Positions 28,705 to 39,044 of a DNA stretch of 64,000 bases are shown piece by piece. Origin of the DNA: Myxococcota bacterium (GTDB lineage: Bacteria; Myxococcota; UBA4151). Numbering within the stretch: position 1 is the stretch's first letter; every line of letters starts with the position of its first letter. The position numbers were made by a program, and so were the translations under genes. A model generated the notes under the pieces. That model was not told the DNA's origin. It did no database searches and worked only from the letters and a program-made list of their open reading frames with translations. The DNA lies in contig JAYZBQ010000048.1 in assembly GCA_036338695.1 (NCBI GenBank), forward strand, positions 224,001-288,000. The letters are read 5' to 3'.

Positions 28705-30221
28705 GATCCGCTCCTCGAACCGACCAGCGCGTAGCGTCGCCATGCGGAGACGCCGGACCGACCAGCAGCTCCTGCTGCGCCCTGCGACTCAAGTTTTTGG
28801 TCTCGCAGAAACGCGTCGGCGACCGCCGCCCAGACAGCTAGGTGTTCGTATTCAGAGTCCTCAGGCGCAGTGCCTTGGATCACATTGCCGACGAAACCGG
28901 TGTCGAAGTCACCGCTGCGAAACTCGTCGGTGACGATCGCTCGCCGAAGAAAACGGATGTTGGTCGTAATCCCGACCACCTTGTACTCGGCGAGCGCGCG
29001 ATCGAGTCGCGCAATGGCGGTGGCGCGATCGGCGCCCCAGACCGAGAGCTTGGAGATCATGGGATCATAAAGCGGGGTGACCTCGGACCCGGCCGAGACC
29101 CCTGAGTCATCGCGCACGTAGGGACCGGAGGGGACGTGCAGATGCTCGATGGTCCCAGGCGCCGGCATAAAACCCGCCGCCGGGTCCTCGGCGTACACGC
29201 GCGCCTCGATCGAGTGTCCCTCGAAGGTGAGCTCGTCTTGCGTAAAACCGAGCGGCTCACCCTGCGCCACCCGGATCTGCCACTCCACGAGGTCCAGCCC
29301 GGTGATCCATTCGGTCACGGGATGCTCGACCTGGAGCCGTGTGTTCATCTCGAGGAAGAAAAAGTTCCTCTGGGCATCGGCTAGAAACTCCACCGTCCCG
29401 GCGCCGACATAGCCCACCGCTTTCGCCGCCTGGACGGCGACGGCGCCCATCGCCCGACGCATCTCATCGTCCACGAACGCGCTCGGCGCCTCCTCGATGA
29501 TTTTTTGGTGGCGGCGCTGGATCGAACATTCGCGCTCAAAAAGATGCACGCAGTTCCCATGCGTATCCGCCAAAACCTGGACCTCGATGTGACGCGGTCG
29601 GTCGAGGAAACGCTCGAGATACACTCGGTCATCACCAAAGCTGTTGCGTGCTTCGCTCTGAGCCGCCGCAAAGGCGCTGTGGAGCGCGCTCGGGTCGTCC
29701 ACCCGGCGCATACCCTTACCGCCGCCTCCGGCTGCCGCCTTAACCATGATCGGAAAGCCGATACGCTGCGCCTCGATGACCGCCTCATCTGGACCCGCGA
29801 CCGGACCGTCGCTTCCTGGAACGACGGGCACTTGCGCCGCGATCATCACGTCGCGTGCCTTGGTCTTATGGCCCATCGCCTCCATCGCCTCAGGGCGCGG
29901 ACCGATCAGCGTGATCCCAGCGGCCTCAAGGCGCCGAGCAAACTCCGGGTTCTCCGACAAAAATCCATAACCAGGGTGGACCGCGTCGGCGCCGGTCCGC
30001 TGCGCCGCCTCGAGGATCTTATCGATCACCAAGTAGCTCTCAGCGGAGGTCGAGCCCCCCAGCGCGATCGCCTCGTCCGCATAGCGCACGTGCAGCGCGC
30101 ACCGATCAGGGTCCGAGAACACAGCGACGGTCTCGAGCTGCAGCTCACGACAGGTCCGCATGACTCGCAAGGCGATCTCGCCGCGATTCGCCACCAACAC
30201 TTTCTTGATCGGGCTCGTCAT
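28701..30221 (-). CDS. Biotin carboxylase subunit of acyl-CoA carboxylase (AccC/PccA-type)
   Basis: [57 protein letters not shown]. Confidence 0.95.
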   Translation of the reverse strand: MTSPIKKVLVANRGEIALRVMRTCRELQLETVAVFSDPDRCALHVRYADEAIALGGSTSAESYLVIDKILEAAQRTGADAVHPGYGFLSENPEFARRLEAAGITLIGPRPEAMEAMGHKTKARDVMIAAQVPVVPGSDGPVAGPDEAVIEAQRIGFPIMVKAAAGGGGKGMRRVDDPSALHSAFAAAQSEARNSFGDDRVYLERFLDRPRHIEVQVLADTHGNCVHLFERECSIQRRHQKIIEEAPSAFVDDEMRRAMGAVAVQAAKAVGYVGAGTVEFLADAQRNFFFLEMNTRLQVEHPVTEWITGLDLVEWQIRVAQGEPLGFTQDELTFEGHSIEARVYAEDPAAGFMPAPGTIEHLHVPSGPYVRDDSGVSAGSEVTPLYDPMISKLSVWGADRATAIARLDRALAEYKVVGITTNIRFLRRAIVTDEFRSGDFDTGFVGNVIQGTAPEDSEYEHLAVWAAVADAFLRDQKLESQGAAGAAGRSGVSAWRRYALVGSRSGS

Positions 30222-31777
30222 AACGGAATGTTCCCATGCTTTTTCGGCGGCAAGCTCTGGCGCTTGTTCCCCAGCACGTCGAAAGTGTCGACCAGCCGAC
30301 GGCGCAGATCTTCTGGCCGGATCACGGCGTCGATGTAGCCCAGCTCAGCCGCTTTATAAGGGTTGGCAAACTGCGCACGATAATCCGCTACGAGCTCGTC
30401 TTTACGCGCCACCGGGTCCTCAGCCGCCGCGAGCTCACGACGGAAGATGATGTTGACGGCGCCGTCCGGTCCCATCACCGCAATCTCTGCGCTCGGGAAC
30501 GCGAAGTTAAAATCCGCTCGCAAATGTTTTGACGCCATCACGTCGTAGGCGCCGCCATAAGCTTTGCGCGTGATCACCGTCACCTTGGGCACCGTCGCTT
30601 CGGCGTACGCATAGAGCAGCTTGGCGCCATGACGAATAATCCCTCCGTGCTCCTGATCTTTGCCCGGCAGAAAACCCGGCACATCGACCAGCGTCAGGAG
30701 CGGAATGTTGAACGCGTCACAAAAGCGGACGAACCGAGCCGCTTTGACCGACGCGTCGATGTCGAGACAGCCGGCGAGGACGGCGGGCTGATTCGCCACC
30801 ACCCCCACGCTCCGACCGTTTAGGCGGATGAACCCCACGACGATGTTCGCTGCGAAGCGCTCAGCGACCTCGAAAAAGAAGCGCTCATCGGCTGCAGCTC
30901 GGATAATCTCGCGGATATCATAAGGCACGTTCGGGTTGACCGGCACCAACTCACGCAGCTCGTCGCACAGTCGGTCCGGGGCATCGCCGCTCGGGACGAC
31001 CGGCGCATCCTCAGCGTTGTTGCTCGGCAGGTAGGCGGTGAGCTCGCGCACCATCCGGAGCGCGTGGGCTTCATCATTGGCGGCGAAATGAGCGACCCCC
31101 GAGGTGCCTGCGTGCGCCTCCGCGCCCCCGAGGTCCTCTTTTGTGACCTCTTCATGCAGCACCGTCTTGATGACATCAGGGCCGGTAATAAACATATGCC
31201 CGGTGTTTTTGACCATCACGATGAAGTCGGTGATCGCCGGGCTGTAGACCGCGCCGCCTGCGCAAGGTCCGAGCACCACCGTGATCTGGGGGACAACGCC
31301 CGACGCCAGGGTGTTGCGCAAAAAGATGTCGGCGTAGCCAGCGAGCGAATCAACGCCCTCTTGAATGCGCGCGCCGCCCGAATCGGCTAACCCGATCACC
31401 GGCGCGCCGACCTCCATCGCCCGGTCCATCACCTTGCAGATCTTCTGAGCATGCGCGCCCGAAAGCGAACCACCAAACACCGTAAAATCCTGCGCATAGG
31501 CGAAGACCACGCGCCCGTCGATACGACCGTAGCCAGTGACCACCCCGTCACCCAAGGGTTTGTTGTCCTGCAAGCCAAAGTCTGCGCATCGATGCGTCAC
31601 GAAGGCGTCGATCTCGCAGAAGCTACCGGGATCAAACAAGAGCTCGAGCCGCTCTCGAGCGGTCAGCTTACCGGCGGCATGCTGACGCTCGATGCGAGCA
31701 GCGCCTCCGCCGAGTTGGGCGGCCTGCTCACGGCGCTCAAGCTCCTCGCGCAGTCCGTCATGACCCGTTTCAGACAT
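30218..31777 (-). CDS. pccB: Acyl-CoA (propionyl-CoA) carboxylase carboxyltransferase subunit
   Basis: [57 protein letters not shown]. Confidence 0.93.
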   Translation of the reverse strand: MSETGHDGLREELERREQAAQLGGGAARIERQHAAGKLTARERLELLFDPGSFCEIDAFVTHRCADFGLQDNKPLGDGVVTGYGRIDGRVVFAYAQDFTVFGGSLSGAHAQKICKVMDRAMEVGAPVIGLADSGGARIQEGVDSLAGYADIFLRNTLASGVVPQITVVLGPCAGGAVYSPAITDFIVMVKNTGHMFITGPDVIKTVLHEEVTKEDLGGAEAHAGTSGVAHFAANDEAHALRMVRELTAYLPSNNAEDAPVVPSGDAPDRLCDELRELVPVNPNVPYDIREIIRAAADERFFFEVAERFAANIVVGFIRLNGRSVGVVANQPAVLAGCLDIDASVKAARFVRFCDAFNIPLLTLVDVPGFLPGKDQEHGGIIRHGAKLLYAYAEATVPKVTVITRKAYGGAYDVMASKHLRADFNFAFPSAEIAVMGPDGAVNIIFRRELAAAEDPVARKDELVADYRAQFANPYKAAELGYIDAVIRPEDLRRRLVDTFDVLGNKRQSLPPKKHGNIPL

Positions 31778-31846
31778 GGTCCGCTCCTTTGTTTTTCCGA
31801 TTGTCGTCTATGCTACTATATAAGGGCAGGAAAAGAGTGGATCGTC

Positions 31847-32812
31847 ATGTCAGATCATCTGAGTTTTGCACGCCAAGTCCTCCGCATCGAAGGTGAGGCG
31901 ATTTTACGTCTTGAGGCGCGCCTCGGCGACGAGATCAACCGAGCGGTCTCACTGATCGTCGCGTGCAGCGGGCGGGTCGTGGTGACCGGGATGGGTAAAG
32001 CCGGCTTAGTCGGGCGAAAGATCTCCGCAACGCTCGCCTCAACCGGCGTGCCAAGCTTCTTTCTTCATCCAGCCGAGGCGGCGCACGGTGACCTCGGTCA
32101 GGTCGTCGACGGTGACCTCATCCTCGCCCTGTCCAACTCGGGCCGAACAGCGGAGCTCCTGCGCCTGCTCCCTGAGCTCGATCGCCTAAGCCTACCCCTG
32201 ATCGCCATCACAGCGGCTCATGACTCACCGCTCGGAGCCGGCTCGACGGTCTGTCTTGAGCTCGGGCGCGTCGACGAAGCCTGTCCGATCGGGCTTGCGC
32301 CAACCACCTCGAGCACCGTGATGCTCGCGCTCGGTGATGCGCTCGCGATGGCCGCGGCCGAGGCGAAGGGCACAAGCCGTGAAGACTTCGCGCGCGTGCA
32401 CCCCGGGGGCAACTTGGGGCGCAGCCTGACGCCGATCGGCGAGCTGATGAGGCGAGGTGAGCGGCTGCCGAAGCTGAGCTTGCCTGCGACGCTGCGCGAC
32501 GCCGTCTCGGTGATGGGCGCTACTCCAGGGCGGCCTGGCTGTGCGCTGATCGTCGATCCGGACGAGCGGCTGCTCGGGGTCTTCACCGACGGCGACCTCA
32601 GGCGACTCGTCGCCGCTGAGCGGGCGCAGCTCGATCAACCGATCGAGCACCTGATGACCCGTCAGCCCCTGCGCCTTGCGCCCGACGACCGAGCGCTGGA
32701 CGCCGAGGCGGCTCTGAGCATGCGCTCGATTGACCAAGCGCCGGTCCTCGACGCACACGATCGCCTGGTTGGCTTGATCGACATCCAGGACCTCGCCAAA
32801 GGCGGCGGCTAG
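31847..32812 (+). CDS. kdsD: Arabinose-5-phosphate isomerase, KpsF/GutQ family (SIS + CBS)
   Basis: TGMGKAG, LHPAEAAHGDLG, SNSG, EACPIGLAPTTS, HPGG, GVFTDGDLRR; start set at ATG 31847. Confidence 0.9.
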   Translation: MSDHLSFARQVLRIEGEAILRLEARLGDEINRAVSLIVACSGRVVVTGMGKAGLVGRKISATLASTGVPSFFLHPAEAAHGDLGQVVDGDLILALSNSGRTAELLRLLPELDRLSLPLIAITAAHDSPLGAGSTVCLELGRVDEACPIGLAPTTSSTVMLALGDALAMAAAEAKGTSREDFARVHPGGNLGRSLTPIGELMRRGERLPKLSLPATLRDAVSVMGATPGRPGCALIVDPDERLLGVFTDGDLRRLVAAERAQLDQPIEHLMTRQPLRLAPDDRALDAEAALSMRSIDQAPVLDAHDRLVGLIDIQDLAKGGG

Positions 32813-34767
32813 CGGCGCGTCGCTCGAAATACGAAGTCGCCGCTCCAGCGCTGGCCGGATCCGAGCTGAATGGGGATCAGCGCCATCAGCTCAATTCCTT
32901 GGAGGGTGCTGCGCAGCGCGCCTCGATCGCGATGCTCGGTGTGAACGGGCTGCGTGATCAACTCTACCCGCCCTGGGAAAATCACCGAGAACTGCAAACG
33001 GGCGCTCGGCGACGCCCACTGAACGCTCGCCGCCTCATCACGCACGGGCTCATCCCAGTCGCGGACCTGATCACCCACGCGGATTTTGCTCCCCTCTCCC
33101 GGCGGTAAACTGACCTGCAAGGTCTCGACCAGGTAACCTCTGACCGCATGATGAGCCGGCGTCTCGATGGTCAAAGACATCGTCATCTCAGCGCCCGACT
33201 GCGTCGCTTGATAGCGCTTGTTGATGACCACGTCGTGCGCCGCACCCACCGGTCCTGACGTCGACAACTCCAGCTCGTCATCACGAACCTCAGCGGCGTA
33301 CTCGCACCCCGAAAAATCACCAATAAAATTCGATGAAAAAACATCTTCAGAGCGGTTCACAAACCGCTCCGTGAGCGACCACCTCGGACCGCTCAGGTCG
33401 CTGAGGTCATCGTAGTGCTCTGGGTACCTGCCCATCGTATGCGCTACATCCCAGGGCAAGCCCGAGACCTCGATCCCGACCAAGGCTCCGCCAGCGCTCG
33501 GACAAAATGTCCACCGCCCGCGCGTCCCCTTGAGCGTGATGCCTTGCGTCCCATCGGGCAAGAGCTGCCGGCGCTCATGACGGATGCCGTTGAGCGCCTT
33601 GGGGTCCGCTTTGGCGGCGGACTCTAAGTAATCCAGATACTCTTCGATGTCGCGCAGTCGACCGTGGACCGCCTGGCGCAAGACGGGGTTGTAGATCCCG
33701 CTCCGATCACCATGCTGAAACGCCTCGTGCCCTTGAGCCTGCAGGATCCCTGCCCACATACGCTCGCGCCAGTAGGTCGGCAGCTGGGCGCGCTCCACCC
33801 GCTCAGCGAGCTGCAGCGCCCGGCTGTACATCGCGCCCGCCTCTGAATACCGAGCCAAAAAGCTGCTCCAGCGACCGCCTGCCACCAGATTAAGCCCTTG
33901 GTGACCACCCTTTTTAGCGGCGCTCTCGAGGATCCGAGCGCGCCGGCGGCCTGCCTCGACCGGCAGAGACCAAGTGCCCATCGCACGATGGCTCCCTAAG
34001 CCCGGATACACCAGCGGCCCGGGCTCAGACTCGATGAGGGTTTTGGGCAGCACAAACTGCAGCGAAGGGGCGGCGTCGAGGTCGGCGATGAACCGCTCGA
34101 TCTGCGCCCCCTTCGGAAACGCTTGAGGGTCGCTCGAGAGCGCCAAGAGGTCGCCAGACCAGACCAGCAACGAGCGCCCCGCCTGAGCCTGTTCGGACCA
34201 AGCCCCCAGGCTCTGGACGAGCTGCGTCTCATCGCCCCGCTCACAGGCGAGGCCCAAAATGGAGACTCCCCCTTGCTCAAGACGCAGTGGGGCGCTCAGC
34301 CCACTCGTATCGCACCCAGCGGCGTCGATGGGGTCCGTCGGGCACAAAACATAGCGGTAACCCGCGGCTTCAAGGAGTGAAATAACCGAAGGCTCAAACA
34401 CCTGCTCGGGCAACCAAACGCCGCTAAGATCGAGCCGGAGCTGATCAGAAAAAAATCGATGCGTTCGTGCCAGCTGAGCCTGAGCCGAGCGCGCCGGCAA
34501 GGCACATAGCACCGGGTCGTAATAACCCCCACCGACTAACTCGATCTGCCCGCTCTGAGAGAGCCCTGCGAGCTGGACCAGCCGTTCGCTGCGATGGCGG
34601 AGCAAGAAATCGAGGACATGTCCGCCTAAGTGCAGACCCAGCCGAACATGCGGACGGGTCTGCAGCGCATCGAGCAGCGCGCTCAGCGGACCATCCACCG
34701 CCTGCGCTAAGCGAAGCTGCGGTGTCCCAAGTGGCAATCCACAATGAAGCACCGCCGCACAACGCAT
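32809..34767 (-). CDS. GH57-family (4-alpha-glucanotransferase-like) protein, degenerate
   Basis: ELVGGGYYDPVL, GVWLPEQVFEP, WSLP, GGRWSSFLARYSE, HG..GIY.P.LR, C-terminal beta-sandwich. Confidence 0.75.
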   Translation of the reverse strand: MRCAAVLHCGLPLGTPQLRLAQAVDGPLSALLDALQTRPHVRLGLHLGGHVLDFLLRHRSERLVQLAGLSQSGQIELVGGGYYDPVLCALPARSAQAQLARTHRFFSDQLRLDLSGVWLPEQVFEPSVISLLEAAGYRYVLCPTDPIDAAGCDTSGLSAPLRLEQGGVSILGLACERGDETQLVQSLGAWSEQAQAGRSLLVWSGDLLALSSDPQAFPKGAQIERFIADLDAAPSLQFVLPKTLIESEPGPLVYPGLGSHRAMGTWSLPVEAGRRRARILESAAKKGGHQGLNLVAGGRWSSFLARYSEAGAMYSRALQLAERVERAQLPTYWRERMWAGILQAQGHEAFQHGDRSGIYNPVLRQAVHGRLRDIEEYLDYLESAAKADPKALNGIRHERRQLLPDGTQGITLKGTRGRWTFCPSAGGALVGIEVSGLPWDVAHTMGRYPEHYDDLSDLSGPRWSLTERFVNRSEDVFSSNFIGDFSGCEYAAEVRDDELELSTSGPVGAAHDVVINKRYQATQSGAEMTMSLTIETPAHHAVRGYLVETLQVSLPPGEGSKIRVGDQVRDWDEPVRDEAASVQWASPSARLQFSVIFPGRVELITQPVHTEHRDRGALRSTLQGIELMALIPIQLGSGQRWSGDFVFRATRR

Positions 34768-35921
34768 TACCCTAAACCCAGCCTCGCCTTTGCGATCACT
34801 TTACCAGCCTCAACACCGGGCTGATCAAAGGGGTCGAGATCTAGGTACGACCCAAGCAATGCCGTAGCGCGCATCCAATTCTGCATGCAAGCCGCTACGC
34901 TCTGCGCAGTCGGCTCAAGCCGAAGACGAAGCACCGGTCGACCTCGATCACTCAGCGCTTGGCTGTTGGCGTCAAACAGGATCCGCTCCATGGCGGTCAG
35001 GTCGGTCGCGCCGAGACCTAAAAGGTCAGGGCCTTCTCCCGGCGTCGCTGCCGGGCGATCCCAATGCGAAAAGATCAACGCTTGGCGATCAGCGCCCTCC
35101 ATCAACAGCTGCAAGATCGAGTGCTGGTCGCGCGGCCCCTCGGCGGCGGCGACATAGAGCGGAAGGCCCTGTTTACCCAGGCTCTCGCTGAGCAACTGAA
35201 GCCACCAACCTGCGAGCCCGCTCAACGCCTTTCCATAGAAAAACCCGAGCCAGCGATCGTGGCCACCGGCGAGCAGGTGATGGAGGTCGCCGGCCCACTG
35301 GAAAGCCTGCGCAGGGTCGGCGTTGCGCGCACCCTCGAGCAGGTCCTCGACCGGGAGCTTGAGCGCCGACGCAGGCAAAAGACCGCAAGGCGTCAAGACA
35401 GAGAACCGACCGCCGACGTCATCTGGGATCGACAGCGTAGGCCACGCCCGCTCAGCGGCGAGCCGCCCGAGCGGACTGTCCGGGCTTGCGGTCACCGCCG
35501 CAACCCGCTCGAAGCGCCAGCGCCCGAGCAATTCACGCAACCACGCCATCACCTCCAAAGTCGTCCCGCTGCGGCTGATGACCATCAAGCCCAGCTTGGC
35601 GCCTTGGGAGCCGTCGAGCTCGTGCTCAAGCGTACCGAGATCGAGATGATCGAGCAGAACCAGGCGGTCCGCCTCGCGACGATCGGCGAGCGCGTCTACC
35701 AAAGCCCGCAGGCCCATGGCAGAGCCGCCGATCCCGAGGACCACGAGCTTATCACAGTCATGAAAGGTTGCGCCCAGATCGATCGCCTCTTGCTGCTGCG
35801 CTCGGTCACGATCCAAACAGCGCTCATAGCCGCTCGTGCCGCTAAGAAAGACCTCGGCCGTAGGCTGCTGACTCAGCGTACGCATCGGCCAGCGCGTCAT
35901 GGGTTCGACGTGAATCGTCAT
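34767..35921 (-). CDS. pgi: Glucose-6-phosphate isomerase (compact)
   Basis: GIGGS, SRSGTTLE, VGGRFSVL, QLLSESLGK, DQHS, PFDQPGVEAGK. Confidence 0.9.
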   Translation of the reverse strand: MTIHVEPMTRWPMRTLSQQPTAEVFLSGTSGYERCLDRDRAQQQEAIDLGATFHDCDKLVVLGIGGSAMGLRALVDALADRREADRLVLLDHLDLGTLEHELDGSQGAKLGLMVISRSGTTLEVMAWLRELLGRWRFERVAAVTASPDSPLGRLAAERAWPTLSIPDDVGGRFSVLTPCGLLPASALKLPVEDLLEGARNADPAQAFQWAGDLHHLLAGGHDRWLGFFYGKALSGLAGWWLQLLSESLGKQGLPLYVAAAEGPRDQHSILQLLMEGADRQALIFSHWDRPAATPGEGPDLLGLGATDLTAMERILFDANSQALSDRGRPVLRLRLEPTAQSVAACMQNWMRATALLGSYLDLDPFDQPGVEAGKVIAKARLGLG

Positions 35922-35990
35922 CGAATCGGCTCCTCACTCATGCCATTTTCGGAAGACGCCTACCGGCAAACGTAAAAGAACGCTCGTTCT

Positions 35991-37160
35991 TTAATGCGGC
36001 ATCTGTGTGACTTCTCGCTCAAGCGCTTCGACCAAGCGCTCAAGGTCACGCTGCGTGGTGTACTGCTGACAGCTAAGACGCAAAATGCGCCGCCCCGAGC
36101 AGCTCATCACCGGCACCTCGATCTGATACGCCTCGATCAAGCGGCGCTGCAGCGGGTCCGTCGCCAAGTGGTGCAGCTTAGGCACCGTCGGGAGCGGCAA
36201 AACGACGCTCACCATCGCTGCGAACATCGAGCGAGGAGCGGTCGGTTCAAAGCCGAGGCGGTCGCGGATCAAGTCGGCGCCGGCTTGAGCCATTGCGTTG
36301 TTCCGACGCATCAGCCCGGTCAACCCCTCGGGGTGACACGCTGCGAGCGCATCGAGCGCCAACGGGATGGAGAGCCACGCGCTCGGGTCGAACGTCCCCG
36401 TCCAGTCATAGCAATCGTGCCACCGCTCAGCGACGGGGAGGTTCATGCCATGGCTCAGCGCACAAGGAAGGATCTCGTCTCGGAGGTCTTTGCGGACATG
36501 AAGGAAGGCTGAGCCAAGCGGGGCGCAGGTCCATTTGTGCAGGTTCGCGGCGGTAAACGCGGCGCCACAACGCGTCAGCGCCATCGGCGTCAAACCCGGG
36601 CTATGCGCTGCGTCGACCAAGGTCTCAACGTCACGCTGTTTGAGCTCAGCGACCAAGCGCTCGATCGGGAGCACCCACCCCGTCGGGCTGATCACGGCGT
36701 CGAGCAGGGCGAACCGTGTCCGCTCGGTCACGGCCTCGAGCACCTGCGCAACGACCGCCTCATCCGACGCGATCGGTACCGGTAGCGAGACCACAACCAC
36801 GCGGGCGCCCGCTCGCTCCGCGACATAATCAAGTGCGGCGCGACAGGCGCCGTAGGCTTGATCGAGGACGATCAGCTCGTCACCTTCCGACAGCTTCAAG
36901 CTGCGCAATACCGAGCTCACGCCGTAGGTCGCGTTGGGGACGAGGACCACCTCATCGGCTGGCGCCCCCGCAAGCTGTGCGACCCGTCGCCGCACCTTCT
37001 CGAGCTCGGGCAGGTACTCATCGAGCATAAACCGGAGCGGCTGACGCTCGAGCCGCCGACGCCAACGCTCTTGCTCGGCGGCGACGCGCTCTAAGCGAGC
37101 GCCGAACGAGCCATGATTCAAAAAGGTCCACTGCGGGTCCAGCTGCCAGACCGGTTCCAT
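35991..37160 (-). CDS. PLP-dependent class V aminotransferase (isopenicillin-N epimerase / C-S lyase-like)
   Basis: FLNHGSFGA, NATYG, SPTG, VDAAH, NLHKW (PLP Lys), WTGTFD; start set at ATG 37160. Confidence 0.88.
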   Translation of the reverse strand: MEPVWQLDPQWTFLNHGSFGARLERVAAEQERWRRRLERQPLRFMLDEYLPELEKVRRRVAQLAGAPADEVVLVPNATYGVSSVLRSLKLSEGDELIVLDQAYGACRAALDYVAERAGARVVVVSLPVPIASDEAVVAQVLEAVTERTRFALLDAVISPTGWVLPIERLVAELKQRDVETLVDAAHSPGLTPMALTRCGAAFTAANLHKWTCAPLGSAFLHVRKDLRDEILPCALSHGMNLPVAERWHDCYDWTGTFDPSAWLSIPLALDALAACHPEGLTGLMRRNNAMAQAGADLIRDRLGFEPTAPRSMFAAMVSVVLPLPTVPKLHHLATDPLQRRLIEAYQIEVPVMSCSGRRILRLSCQQYTTQRDLERLVEALEREVTQMPH

Positions 37161-37196
37161 ATCGAAACCCTCCTCAAAAGAGGCTAAACACACCTC

Positions 37197-39044
37197 GTGA
37201 TGACTCGACGCTCTCTTCAGCTCTGCCTTTTGCTCGCGTTCTTCGGCTGTGCGCAAGAGGAGCGAGGTCAGACCATCCCCTACGCCGAGACTCCCAGCTC
37301 CATGGGCTGGCTGGACGTCCCGTGGCCGAGCGATCTGCGACTCAACGCAAACGGTCGGCCGCGCCTGTTCTCTTATCCCGACCCTCAAGCCTCCGAGCTC
37401 GTGCGCGCAGCGATCGCGCTGGCCGAGTCGCGGCGCGGGTTTGCGCTCCAACCTACGATCTATCTCGAGCTCGGCGCTCAGGCGGCGCCCGAGCTGCTTG
37501 CGCTGGACCCAGAGGAGGCGCTCCAAGCGGACGCTCCCATCCAACTGCTCGCGCTTGACGGCCCTCCTGAGCGACGCCCCCTGTTGATCGCTCAAGGAGG
37601 CGCTAACGACTGGATGACCCCGACGACGCTGCATGCGCGCCCCTTGTTCGGATGGCCGCTTCGCCCGAGGCAGCGCTATGCGCTCGTGGCCACCAAGGCG
37701 CTCCAAGCACGAGACGCCAGCGCGCCCTTCCGTCCGGTCGAACTGATCCAACAAGGGCTCGCAGGTCAGGGCGCGCAGGCGAGCTATCTTGCGCCCTTGC
37801 GAGCACGGCTCACCGATTACGGTCTAGCGACCGATCAGATCCTCGTTGCGACGGTCTTTACGACCGCCGACCCGCTCGAAGAATTCCGCTCGCTGAGCGA
37901 CGCGCAGCGGGCGCTGCCGACCCCGGCGCTGAGCGCGCCCTGGGCGCCGCCCGAGCCGCCGGCGCCGCGTGTCTACGAGGCCGAATACCGAGCGCCTCTT
38001 TGGCAACATGGCGCCAAGCCCTATGCCTCCGAAGGCGGCGGCTTTGTGTTCGAGGGCGACGCGCCCGTTCAAGCGACGAGCGACGAGGTCATGCGGCTCG
38101 CGATCTCCATCCCCCAGGGCGAGCCGCCCGAGCGGGGCTGGCCGGTCGTCATCTACCATCACGGCACTGGCGGCAGCTACCGCTCATTCCTCGAGAGCTC
38201 AGGGTCGTTTGCCCAAGACCTCAACCGCCAAGGTCTCGCCATGATCGGGCTGGATCAGCCGCTGCATGGCCTGCGTGCCGTCGCCGGGACCAACACCGAG
38301 TGGCACACCTTCAACCCCTTTAATCTCGAAGCGAGCGCCGCCAACCTAAGACAAGGTGCGCTCGATCTTTTGTTGCTGCATCGCATGATCCAAAAGGGGG
38401 CGCTCAACAGCGCCGAGCCACGCATAGCGCTCGATCCCCAGCGCATTTTTCTCTTCGGTCACAGCCAAGGCGGCCTAACGGGCGCGCTGGCGCTTCCAGA
38501 GCTTGCCGAGCTCCCCTGCGCCATCATGAGCGGAACCGGTGGTGCGCTCAGCCTCACCCTGCTCGAGCGCAAGGACCCCATCAACATCGCCGAGGCGCTC
38601 GCTGGCTGGGGCGGTGCGCAAACGCCGCTCTTTGCGAGCCACCCCCTGATCAGCCTGATCCAGCACGCCTTCGAGCCCAGCGACCCCATCACCGCGGCGC
38701 CAGCCTGGCAGACAAGCGGTCAACACCATCTGCTCCTCACCTCCGGACAGCGGGATCAACAGACCCCTGCTTCGACTGCCGATGCGCTTGCGATGGCGGC
38801 GCTCATCCCCCAGATCGAGCCCATCGCCAACGACCTCTGGCGCCAAGAGCTCGAAGGGATCTCGCCGCAGTCAGGGTCTCTTTCAGCGAACGCAGTGATC
38901 GGTGACCAGCGCATCACCGCCGCCTACCGACAGAGCCAAGGTGGTGACCACTTCGTCATCTTTAACTCGACGCCGCTGCGCCGGATGGTGACGCGCTTTC
39001 TCACCAGCTGCGCGGCCGGTCAACCGACCGTGAGCGGCCGATGA
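37197..39044 (+). CDS. Lipoprotein alpha/beta hydrolase
   Basis: Lipobox AFFGC; PWPSD N-domain; YHHGTGG, DQPLHG, GHSQGG nucleophile elbow, D(QQTP), GDHF. Confidence 0.85.
   Translation: MMTRRSLQLCLLLAFFGCAQEERGQTIPYAETPSSMGWLDVPWPSDLRLNANGRPRLFSYPDPQASELVRAAIALAESRRGFALQPTIYLELGAQAAPELLALDPEEALQADAPIQLLALDGPPERRPLLIAQGGANDWMTPTTLHARPLFGWPLRPRQRYALVATKALQARDASAPFRPVELIQQGLAGQGAQASYLAPLRARLTDYGLATDQILVATVFTTADPLEEFRSLSDAQRALPTPALSAPWAPPEPPAPRVYEAEYRAPLWQHGAKPYASEGGGFVFEGDAPVQATSDEVMRLAISIPQGEPPERGWPVVIYHHGTGGSYRSFLESSGSFAQDLNRQGLAMIGLDQPLHGLRAVAGTNTEWHTFNPFNLEASAANLRQGALDLLLLHRMIQKGALNSAEPRIALDPQRIFLFGHSQGGLTGALALPELAELPCAIMSGTGGALSLTLLERKDPINIAEALAGWGGAQTPLFASHPLISLIQHAFEPSDPITAAPAWQTSGQHHLLLTSGQRDQQTPASTADALAMAALIPQIEPIANDLWRQELEGISPQSGSLSANAVIGDQRITAAYRQSQGGDHFVIFNSTPLRRMVTRFLTSCAAGQPTVSGR

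Noticed and set aside
35991..37160. Beta-lactam biosynthesis (isopenicillin N epimerase plus beta-lactamase-like gene)
   Set aside because: No NRPS or IPNS in the window; both families are widespread and the two genes are 17 kb apart
37161..37754. N-terminal extensions from the ORF track (also 31451-31846, 56986-57192, 60795-61118, 8882-9061)
   Set aside because: They overlap neighbouring real genes; family homology and RBS point to downstream starts
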